Assembly: GCA_019358915.1 (NCBI GenBank)
Contig: JAHHIM010000036.1
Span: 384,001-448,000 of the forward strand
Length of the DNA: 64,000 nt
Source of the DNA: Trichormus sp. ATA11-4-KO1
GTDB lineage: Bacteria; Cyanobacteriota; Cyanobacteriia; Cyanobacteriales; Nostocaceae
Reading direction: 5' to 3'
Positions 19,951 to 28,402 of this stretch are shown one piece after another (within the stretch, counting starts at the first letter, position 1; each line of letters starts with the position of its first letter). Position numbers and translations under genes: made by a program. The notes under the pieces were generated by a model, which was not told where the DNA came from, did not search any database, and worked only from the letters and a program-made list of their open reading frames with translations.

Positions 19951-22359
19951 CTACTCACAAATAAATAGGTAAATTGCCCAAATAGCCATCGCCCGGAGAT
20001 AAGTGCTAGCACGGAAAGTCCCAGATGCTGTAATCGCTTCAGGTGTGCGGAATTGCAATCCATTTTCGTAAATTTGCGCCACTACCGCTTGCGTTAACCT
20101 TAAAGCTTCATCCTTCATTCCCATCTGCACGAGAAAAGCTGCTAATCCAAAATTAATTCCTGTCCAAACTTCCAGAGGATGGGTAGCTTTGGGGTTTTCT
20201 GGCGAACCATCGGGACGAACGCCATTCGCCGCACCAAATTGACCATGACAGAATTGGAGGAAGCAGGCATCATAAACAGTTTGCAACGCCGAGAGGGCGC
20301 GATCACTGGGTACAATATCTGGTAATCCCAACAGACGCGCATAAAATTGTCCGCACAATTGATCCGCCATGACTACATTAGAACCACTCTCACTATCCAA
20401 GCGGTAATACTGCCCATTCCAGAGTTTTTCTTCGTATACAAGGCGTGATTGTGCCAACCAATTTTTATAGGTAGATGCTAACTCCTCAGTGTTCTCTGCG
20501 CCTCTGTGGTTCGTCAACAAAACCTCACTAATGGTGATCGCCGCTTCTAACGCTGCTAACCACAACCCGCCACAATAGGCGCTGACACCCTGTAACCGCC
20601 AATCATCAAAGGTTTGGTCTGGTGCGCCGGAATTTTCGGGAATCCCATCTCCATCTTGATCGAAAGTTTTTAGGTAGTTAAGAGTTTGGACAATACTATC
20701 CCAGCAATCTGCTAAAAATTCCACATCATCGGCACCAGTAAGTAGGAAATCTCGGTATACTTGCAACACAAAATCACTACCTAAATCCTTCCACAAATTG
20801 CAGTCTTGATAGCAGGTGTAGTTGGTTTTTTCCCAAACGTGTTCATTAGGTGCGCCCAAGTCGTGGGGTGTTGCACCTGCAATTTTGCGTGGGGCTGTTG
20901 TAGTGTCTGCGCCAATTGTGTAGTAATAGCCAATTACACGCTGATGATCATCACTTTGGGGAATTGCCCTGGCAAATGCCCGCATCACTGATTTTTCTAG
21001 TTCAGGAAACAGGATTAACAATCCAAAAGAACCATATAACCGTACATCTAAACTTTCGTACCAGCGATAATCTAAGCACTCTAGGACGGCAAACTGACCA
21101 ATAGGATCAATTGCTGAAGCTGCACTCCAAAGAGTACCACCACAAGTTAGGTCGTATAGCTCATTAAACAGCGCCATTTTGAACCAGTTGGGTAAATCTT
21201 CCCGGTTTAGAATGGGTTGTTGCCAAGCTTGAATTTGTGCTCGCCAACTTTGGTATTGTGCTAAAGCACTAGCCGCGATCGCCCAAGCATGATTACCACC
21301 ACGACCAAAAAAATCTGTATATCTGCGGTAATAATTAATTCCGGCTGCAAATTCTGTTACCGGAAAATCCCAAGTCAATACTAAAGGGATTTCCAGATTT
21401 TCGCCTGGTTGCAGCGTGAAACGCACTGCGATCGCTGCTCCTATTTGTATATTTTCTAACGCAGCAGTTGCATCTGAAAAATTGGGTAAAGAACCATCTG
21501 CGGCAAAGCTGCGCCACACATCTTCCCCCGTACCCGCAGGATTCCAGCGCGTATGGTGAAATACTTCCACCTGGGGATGTTTAATTGTGGTTATACACCA
21601 GCTACCGTCCCCTTCTTGTACTGATTCATCACTACCAACTCGACCTAAAAAGCAACCAACATATTCTGTATTTTCAATTAGCTTATTGTAATTTCCTTGA
21701 CTTTCCCCTATGCGTGGCTGATATTCATAAACCGGACTACCATCATCCCGTATTCGCACCTGTGGAGATTTCAAAGCATTAGTAAACCAGCCCACCATAT
21801 TTTGCCAAGTCAGCATAATACTCAGAGTAATAGGTGCGTCTGTGGGGTTGTGAGCATTCCAGAGGAATATTGCCACAGGATAGCTAGTTTCTTGGTAGTT
21901 GTTTGCCCAAATCGGAGAAAACTGCTCACAAGTTAACTGTGCTTGAAACACATTTTCATAAACAAACCAGCTACGCGGATATAGGGCATGATACGTGCCT
22001 GTTTCCTGCATTGCTGTAGATGCTGGATACCATCTCCACGCTGCGAGACTACCATCTTGAGGCGGTTCTGTCGATAAAGCGTAGGCTTGGGAAGATGTAC
22101 CATTTGATTCAAATACACTGAATTGACAAGCGGGGATATTTTTGAAGGTATGCTCACCGCCATCAATGTGCCACAGATTAAAGTCTCCCCGTGAAGAACG
22201 ACCAATACAACCTGCACCAAAACCCCCTAAAGGCATACCATGCCAGGGGCCATCATCAATATTACTAGCGTAGCGAACAGTGTAGGGTTTGTCCCAGCCT
22301 AAACCGATGGGACGACTCCAAGAGCAAGAGGGAATTACGGACGAGAGCGGATTTGTCAT
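19951..22359 (-). CDS. GH116 family beta-glucosidase
   Basis: GMPLGGFGAG, QFAVLECLDY, HDLG, DQTFDDW and FRTPEA motifs. Confidence 0.92.
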   Translation of the reverse strand: MTNPLSSVIPSCSWSRPIGLGWDKPYTVRYASNIDDGPWHGMPLGGFGAGCIGRSSRGDFNLWHIDGGEHTFKNIPACQFSVFESNGTSSQAYALSTEPPQDGSLAAWRWYPASTAMQETGTYHALYPRSWFVYENVFQAQLTCEQFSPIWANNYQETSYPVAIFLWNAHNPTDAPITLSIMLTWQNMVGWFTNALKSPQVRIRDDGSPVYEYQPRIGESQGNYNKLIENTEYVGCFLGRVGSDESVQEGDGSWCITTIKHPQVEVFHHTRWNPAGTGEDVWRSFAADGSLPNFSDATAALENIQIGAAIAVRFTLQPGENLEIPLVLTWDFPVTEFAAGINYYRRYTDFFGRGGNHAWAIAASALAQYQSWRAQIQAWQQPILNREDLPNWFKMALFNELYDLTCGGTLWSAASAIDPIGQFAVLECLDYRWYESLDVRLYGSFGLLILFPELEKSVMRAFARAIPQSDDHQRVIGYYYTIGADTTTAPRKIAGATPHDLGAPNEHVWEKTNYTCYQDCNLWKDLGSDFVLQVYRDFLLTGADDVEFLADCWDSIVQTLNYLKTFDQDGDGIPENSGAPDQTFDDWRLQGVSAYCGGLWLAALEAAITISEVLLTNHRGAENTEELASTYKNWLAQSRLVYEEKLWNGQYYRLDSESGSNVVMADQLCGQFYARLLGLPDIVPSDRALSALQTVYDACFLQFCHGQFGAANGVRPDGSPENPKATHPLEVWTGINFGLAAFLVQMGMKDEALRLTQAVVAQIYENGLQFRTPEAITASGTFRASTYLRAMAIWAIYLFICE

Positions 22360-22501
22360 CGCCTGATTTTACAGCGTGCGGTTACGCTAAGGAAGCTTAA
22401 CGCGATGTGTAATTTTTCTCAAGTAACCGGTTTTACCAAGGTTTGAGCGCAATCGGACTCCAGTTTCTCTAGATAATACTGCTCAAGCTCGATTGCGCGG
22501 T

Positions 22502-22900
22502 GACTATGCTGTAAATTAGTAAATAAACATAACAAAGAGCTATATATTGTTGAGGGAAGAGATGGACAAGCGATTGATCCTTCTGGCAATCCTCTTCTAC
22601 TTGATTAATATTGATAAGCTTGAAGAAATAACTGGATATGATTTCCTATCTAATCTTCCCTCTGAAATTCAAGAGGCAATTGAAGGGCGAAAATACCCTG
22701 ATATTCTAGAAGAAATTTATAATAAACGGCTTATGTGAGTTGGAGTCTGGAAAGTCGTAAATACGGCAATATGGTTAAACACCTTGGCCAAACCACAGCC
22801 TGAAACCCTTGCCATAGCTTGGGCGTTTTTAATTCACATAAGGCGTAATAAGGAAATTAAGATTAGACCCAGGTCTGCTTCTTTAATGGCTTCAACGACC
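22502..22900 (+). pseudogene. decayed NucA-like DNA/RNA non-specific endonuclease fragment (copy 1)
   Basis: DYA/KLVNKHNKELYIVEGRDG, then INIDKLEEITGYDFLSNLPSEIQEAIE; with the MITE removed the frame continues EIYNKEIKIRPRSASLMAST. Confidence 0.65.
22726..22846. mobile_element. 121-bp MITE with 16-bp TIRs and 5-bp TSD
   Basis: ACGGCTTATGTGAGTT / ACGCCTTATGTGAATT ends; AATAA at 22721-22725 and 22847-22851. Confidence 0.8.
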
Positions 22901-25229
22901 GGGGATTGCAGGAAGAGAAGGAGTAACTTTTAAAACTATAAGTTCAAAAGTTAGCGTTCCTGAAAGTATTTGGAAGGTTGTACTATTTCTAGATCGTCCT
23001 GGTCAAGGAATTTCCGACGTAACTAAAGATACCCTCGCTTTTGGTATTTATTTATCCAACACCCTTGATGTAAATGGTAAAGGGCAAGATCCTAATGACG
23101 ATTGGAAACAAAACTTTACACTTGATGGAAAGACATTTGGACTATTTAATGTTGAAGAACTTGAAAAGCTAACTGGGTATAATTTCCTGTCTAATATTCC
23201 CACAGAAATTCAGGAAGCAATTGAGAATCGAGATGTTAATGATATTTTGACAAAACTCAATGTCATTAAACCTCCGTCACTTATGGCTGCAACTGAAGAT
23301 GAACTAAAAATCTCCGAAAAAGGGACCGCTTTTGATAGTGCCATCGGGCATAGTAGTCTGGTAAACAAAATTCCCATAACTCCAAATAATGTTTGGAGCG
23401 ATGTAAGCATCTCTGAAGTTAGTTTTAATCAGAATAGCGAACTCAAAACTACTGATGTTAGCTCCACAGAAGGTAGCACGACTAGCGTTCATATGATTCA
23501 GGTCGGTTCCTCCCAAATCGGCTTCAGTCAAATCACACCAACTCAAGTTGGCGGAATACAAATTAGCATCCCTGACAATAGCGCGTTTCAACCAAGCGCT
23601 TTCCAAGGAAACACCAAACAAATCGGCTCCAGTCAAATCGGCTCGACACAGATCGGCTTGTCTCAAATAGGCTCCGCGCAAGTTGATATCTCTCAAAATA
23701 GCGCCTTCGAGGTCAATCGAACTGTCGAGGGGAACACCCTCAGATTGAATCAACTCAATCCCTCGAAAATCGCGCTCTCCATCAGCATACCGAGCCAACA
23801 ACTCCTCAGCAGTTATTTCCCAAGCCATGAATTAACCTCCAATTTCTTTTCCAATCTTAAATATAGTGTTAATAATATTTGGGGAGATTTACTCACATCG
23901 GAAACGCCCACCTTAAACATCTCCTTCCAAATCACCAACCTCCCCACCGGACAACTAGCCGAAGCCCAACTAACCCAATTCGACCCCCAAGGTCGCCCCA
24001 ACGGAGGCACAATCCTCATCGACCACGACGCTAACGGCTACTCGTGGTTTATCGACCCCACCCCGCTTGACAACAGCGAATTCACCACCTCCCTCACCGA
24101 CACAACCTACCGCGCCACCACAGGCGACGCATTCGGCAAATACGACCTGCTCACCACCATCCTCCACGAAACCGGACACCTACTAGGTATAATCTCCGGT
24201 AACCCAGGCTTCGACCGCTACATCCAAACCATCAACAGCACCAAAACCTTCATCGGCGATAACTTCACTGCCACCCTCACCCCAGACGGTAGCCACCTTG
24301 ACTCCCAGGTACACCCCTACGACCTGATGAATAACACCCTGTCCCCAGGCCTGCGTAAGCTACCATCATGGCTCAACCTGCAAATGATTAACGCCATCCG
24401 TAACACTACGGTAGCGCCAAGCAGTACAACACAACTAACAGCACCACTAACAGCAATCCTGCTTGCAGACATCACCAACGGCAACTTCAACTTTAGCGAC
24501 ACAACCAAACCCGAATACGGCTGGACAACCCGTGGTGCAGCCACCATCCTCAACCCCACAACCCTGTCCATTCAAACCAACCCCACCAACAGTACAATCC
24601 AACTAACCCCAGATGGCACAGTCACATACACCCCTAACCCCACCTTTGTCGGCATAGACACCTACACCTACACCATCACCGACACAGAAGGCTTAACATC
24701 TAATACTGCCACCGTCAACAATATAGCCCCAGTGATCACAGTAATTACAGGCGACACCACCACCACCGAAGGCACAACAGCCAACTTTAGTGCCACAGCA
24801 GTTGACCCTGGTGACGAACTTACCTACCTCTGGAACTTTGGCGACGGTTCACAACTGGTCGAAGGTGAAAACGTCACCCACACCTACACCGACAACGGCA
24901 CATACATCGCCACCCTGACTGTTATCGATAGTCTTGGCGTCAATAGCTTCCAAACCCTAGAAATCACCGTCAATCATGTCGCGCCTCGAGAAATTACCAA
25001 ACTCAAATTCGAGCAAAAACTACTCCATCTCAGAGTTTACGAAAATTCCCAACTAGTAGAACATGTTAAAGGCAGACAAAATCAACCAGTATCACCCCTA
25101 GCCTTTGACAGAATCCAAATACTCGCCCTCAACAACAATGGCCAATCCCAGATATTTGATGACATTACCTTCCATGATAGTGGAGAAGGTATTGGCACTA
25201 TAGAGATTCCAGTAACGCCACTGGGGTGA
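22887..25229 (+). pseudogene. 5'-truncated, internally deleted giant surface protein: NucA-like C-terminal half, QIG linker, HExxH metalloprotease-like domain, Ig-like and PKD domains
   Basis: Frame is open from 22887 with no start codon before the TTG at 23247; contains KVSVPESIWKVVLFLD...EELEKLTGYNFLSNIP, ILHETGHLLG, TVTYTPNPTFVGIDTYTYTI and YLWNFGDG; nuclease catalytic DRGH region absent. Confidence 0.75.
23304..23828 (-). CDS. pentapeptide repeat protein nested antisense in the giant gene
   Basis: AEELLARYADGERDF N-cap, A(D/N)Lxx repeats, GGAGG RBS 7 nt before the ATG. Confidence 0.85.
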   Translation of the reverse strand: MAWEITAEELLARYADGERDFRGIELIQSEGVPLDSSIDLEGAILRDINLRGAYLRQADLCRADLTGADLFGVSLESAWLKRAIVRDANLYSANLSWCDLTEADLGGTDLNHMNASRATFCGANISSFEFAILIKTNFRDAYIAPNIIWSYGNFVYQTTMPDGTIKSGPFFGDF

Positions 25230-25315
25230 GTTCCCATAGCACGTTCAATATCTTCTGGACGATTGCGTCCACCTCGAACAACTAATGCTTCATCGGGTAT
25301 TTTCTTTAAGGTCAC
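25199..25315 (-). pseudogene. N-terminal fragment of a small protein, truncated at the junction with the giant-gene remnant
   Basis: KIPDEALVVRGGRNRPEDIERAMGTHPSGVTGISI, after which the frame runs into antisense of the giant gene. Confidence 0.45.
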
Positions 25316-25393
25316 TGGAGGGATGCATATATTTGTTGTAATTAACTGTAATTTATCTAGTAAATATTAAAAAACTTTTGAAAAACTAAAATT

Positions 25394-27031
25394 ATGAAAA
25401 TGAAGTACTTATTTCTAGTTTGGGTGCTTGTACTCTCATTAGTCATTCCCAGCGAGGCACTTGCCCAAACCAAACAGCCTGATAATTTAATACCTGGACT
25501 CGGCACACATCACCATGCTGTTGCTACCCGTAATCCAGAAGCACAGAAGTTTTTCGATCAAGGACTAAATTTAATTTACGCTTTCAACCATGATGAAGCA
25601 GTACGTTCTTTTCAACATGCTGCCGAACTTGATCCCCAAATGGCAATGGCATATTGGGGGATGGCTCTGGGTATAGGCGCAAATATCAACTTAGATATAG
25701 ACCCTGAACGAGAACAAGTCGCCTATCAAGCCATACAAAAAGCTTTGGCACTTTCCCCCCAAGCACCAGTCCCAGAACAAGACTACATCGCTGCCTTAGC
25801 AAAACGTTACTCTAACGAACCAGATGCAGATTTGCATCAATTAGCGGTGGACTACGCCAAAGCAATGGGGAACTTAGTCAAGCGCTATCCAGATGATTTA
25901 GATGCGGCTACATTGTATGCCGAAAGCTTGATGGATTTGCATCCTTGGCAACTCTGGAGTAAAGATGGCAAACCCCTGGGAGATACTGAAGAGATTGTTA
26001 CTGTTTTAGAATCAGTTCTCCGACGTGATCCCCACCATCCGGGAGCGAATCATTATTATATTCATGCAGTGGAAGCATCGCCGCACCCAGAACGTGCCCT
26101 TGAGAGTGCTAAACGACTAGAAACCTTAGTTCCCGCAGCCGGACATCTAGTACATATGCCTTCCCATATTTATTTTCGTTTGGGAGATTATGAAGGGGCG
26201 ATGCGGTCAAATCAGCAAGCGATCGCTCAAGATAATATCTATTTGCGTAATCATCAAGTCCAGGGCATTTATCCCCAGATGTACTATAACCACAACGTGC
26301 ATTTCTTGATGGTTGCCAGCAGTATGGCAGGTAGATATCAAGATGCCCTACAAGCTGCCGACAAGTTGGTAACAAATGCTGCTGCTATTGACCCATATTT
26401 ACCAATGCTTGAGGGATTCCTCGGTAACAAAATGCTGATTCAGGTAAGGTTTGGTGATTGGGATGCTATCTTAAAAACTCCTGCACCTGACGCTAAACTA
26501 CCCACTACTACTGCACTTTGGCATTTTGCTCGCGGTATGGCTCATGCAGCTAAGGGTAACTTAGAAGATGCAGCAAACGAAAGCCGTGCCTTACTAACAG
26601 CAACACAGACAATTCCTGACGATGCCACCATTGGTTTTACTCCTGCTAGTCGCATTTTAGACATTGCCATAAAATACCTGGATGCCAAAATTGCCAAATC
26701 CCAACATAATTACGATTCGGCAATTAAATTACTACAACAAGCAGTAGTAGCAGAAGATGCCCTTGATTATGTAGAACCACCAGATTGGTATTTTCCCACA
26801 CGGGAAGCATTGGGTGGTGTATTGCTAGCTCAAGGCGATTACGCAGCAGCCGAGAAAGTTTTTCGTGCCGATTTAGAAAAATATCCCCATAACGGACGTT
26901 CTTTATTTGGCTTACAGGCCAGTTTGCAAGCACAGCGCAAAGATAACGCGGCAAAACTTGTACAAACTGAATTTGCTACAGCATGGAAACATTCGGATAC
27001 TCAGCTACGAGTTGAAAATCTCAGAGATTAG
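25394..27031 (+). CDS. secreted TPR-repeat protein
   Basis: Signal peptide; AQKFFDQGL..YAFNHDEA, HPGANHYYIH and GHLVHMPSHIY motifs; helical repeats. Confidence 0.85.
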   Translation: MKMKYLFLVWVLVLSLVIPSEALAQTKQPDNLIPGLGTHHHAVATRNPEAQKFFDQGLNLIYAFNHDEAVRSFQHAAELDPQMAMAYWGMALGIGANINLDIDPEREQVAYQAIQKALALSPQAPVPEQDYIAALAKRYSNEPDADLHQLAVDYAKAMGNLVKRYPDDLDAATLYAESLMDLHPWQLWSKDGKPLGDTEEIVTVLESVLRRDPHHPGANHYYIHAVEASPHPERALESAKRLETLVPAAGHLVHMPSHIYFRLGDYEGAMRSNQQAIAQDNIYLRNHQVQGIYPQMYYNHNVHFLMVASSMAGRYQDALQAADKLVTNAAAIDPYLPMLEGFLGNKMLIQVRFGDWDAILKTPAPDAKLPTTTALWHFARGMAHAAKGNLEDAANESRALLTATQTIPDDATIGFTPASRILDIAIKYLDAKIAKSQHNYDSAIKLLQQAVVAEDALDYVEPPDWYFPTREALGGVLLAQGDYAAAEKVFRADLEKYPHNGRSLFGLQASLQAQRKDNAAKLVQTEFATAWKHSDTQLRVENLRD

Positions 27032-27045
27032 GGAAAAGGGGACAG

Positions 27046-27158
27046 TGGAATTTTGAAATAGTCATGACCCAATCAAGCGGACTAACAACAGTGGCGGTGT
27101 TTTTAGCAGAATTGCTGGGTAAAAGGAAAATACAGTACATCAGCAATTACGGGAATGG
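27046..27158 (+). pseudogene. probable IS transposase N-terminal remnant
   Basis: WNFEIVMTQSSGLTTVAVFLAELLGK, then after a frameshift ENTVHQQLREW; recalled similarity to cyanobacterial IS4-like transposases. Confidence 0.45.
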
Positions 27159-27163
27159 TTAAC

Positions 27164-27317
27164 GGCATTGCTGAATCAAGGGATGACTCTTGTGAGGTAG
27201 GCAGCGTTCGACTGAGCGCTCACGCCGAAGTCTTGCCTGCCCCGAAATATATACAAGGGACGGCAAGATTGCCCATCCCACAAAACCAATAAAATCATCC
27301 CGCAAATATGCAACGCC
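27164..27317. mobile_element. MITE with GGC(A/G)TTGC ends enclosing REP-like hairpins and a short dispersed repeat
   Basis: GGCATTGCTGAATCAAGGGATGA versus reverse-complemented end GGCGTTGCATATTTGCGGGATGA; internal GGCAAGATTGCCCATCCCACAA. Confidence 0.6.
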
Positions 27318-27321
27318 TGGT

Positions 27322-27495
27322 TAAGAGACGCAACAGATAAAACAAAAACAAAAGATGGGCGTGCTCCGTTGGAGGTAATATCTTGTTTCAGTCCGTTGTT
27401 AAGCTGGATTCTGAGCTTATGGCCAGAGTCAGTAAAACGTCTAGCATTGGTAGCAGACGCTGCGACATTAAGCCTCTCTGAACCCCTACCGTTGA
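27322..27495 (-). ncRNA. candidate structured ncRNA downstream of pmgA
   Basis: Nested complementary segments GAGG/CCTC, TAATGTC/GATATTA, CGTCT/AGACG and AAGCT/AGCTT, then a U-rich tract; boundaries approximate. Confidence 0.4.
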
Positions 27496-27517
27496 AAGCC
27501 ATTCCCCAGTCCCCTCT

Positions 27518-27973
27518 TCATCGGCGCAAAGATAGACGGGGGCGATTTTCCAGTTGCTTACATAGCCTTAATTCTGTACCTTTGCGATTCCACTCTACTT
27601 GATCAAAAATTTGGTGCAGAAGGCACAGACCACGACCACTTTCTGATTCATCGGGTGGTAAATAATCTATGGGATCTTCATCAGAATCAGCACCAGACGC
27701 AGGAACAAAGCCTTGACCTTGGTCTGATATTACCCACCAATATTGATTATCTATTAAGGAAAAACGGACTACGACTGTTTTACTGGGATCAAGATTATTG
27801 CCGTGTTTTGCTGCATTTACTAAGGCCTCTTGGAGTCCTAACCGCAGTTCTGCTTGTAATTTTTCTGGAATTTCTGCCAGCAATAAATCTAAGATTGGGC
27901 AAAGGTAGAGGGTTGAGGCGAAACTAATTGTGCCCCAATATCGTCCAACCGGACGGAGGGAAATGGTAATCAC
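27518..27973 (-). CDS. pmgA: anti-sigma-factor-like HATPase (photomixotrophic growth protein A)
   Basis: LQEALVNAAKHGN, ISDQGQGF and ESGRGL motifs; downstream of an RNA methyltransferase as in other cyanobacteria. Confidence 0.85.
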   Translation of the reverse strand: MITISLRPVGRYWGTISFASTLYLCPILDLLLAEIPEKLQAELRLGLQEALVNAAKHGNNLDPSKTVVVRFSLIDNQYWWVISDQGQGFVPASGADSDEDPIDYLPPDESESGRGLCLLHQIFDQVEWNRKGTELRLCKQLENRPRLSLRR

Positions 27974-28402
27974 AAGAGAAACCCCGTAGCTTTCAGTTAG
28001 CTAGACATCAGTTTGCTTTTACAGGCACCCTGATAATAATTGAGGTGGTCATGCTGCCTTCAAACTTGCGTCTTTAGATACTAAATTTTGAAAATGCTAG
28101 GGAGCATTGACTCTGTTTATGAGGTTAGATTGCTGATACATAAAACGGCTCTAAGAAAACTGCTAGTGCAGTTAACAACTAAAATTTTGAGAAATTTGCC
28201 AGGGTATTAGGATACCTTGGGGATTGCCGATTCGTACTTTAGACAATCTTATTCATGTTGTTTAGAGTTGATGCAACTTTAATGTTTGTAACAAAATCAT
28301 TTTTATTTTTTGGTTAATTCGATTTTAGCATTTTTAGTATGCACTAGACTACGAATTTGAAATTTGAGTTTTTGTCAAAGACTCAGTAGCCCTATCCAAA
28401 TG

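Noticed and set aside
23813..24571. Three further antisense ORFs in the giant gene
   Set aside because: Val/Gly-rich low-complexity products expected from the C/A skew; no RBS or family signature, unlike the pentapeptide gene
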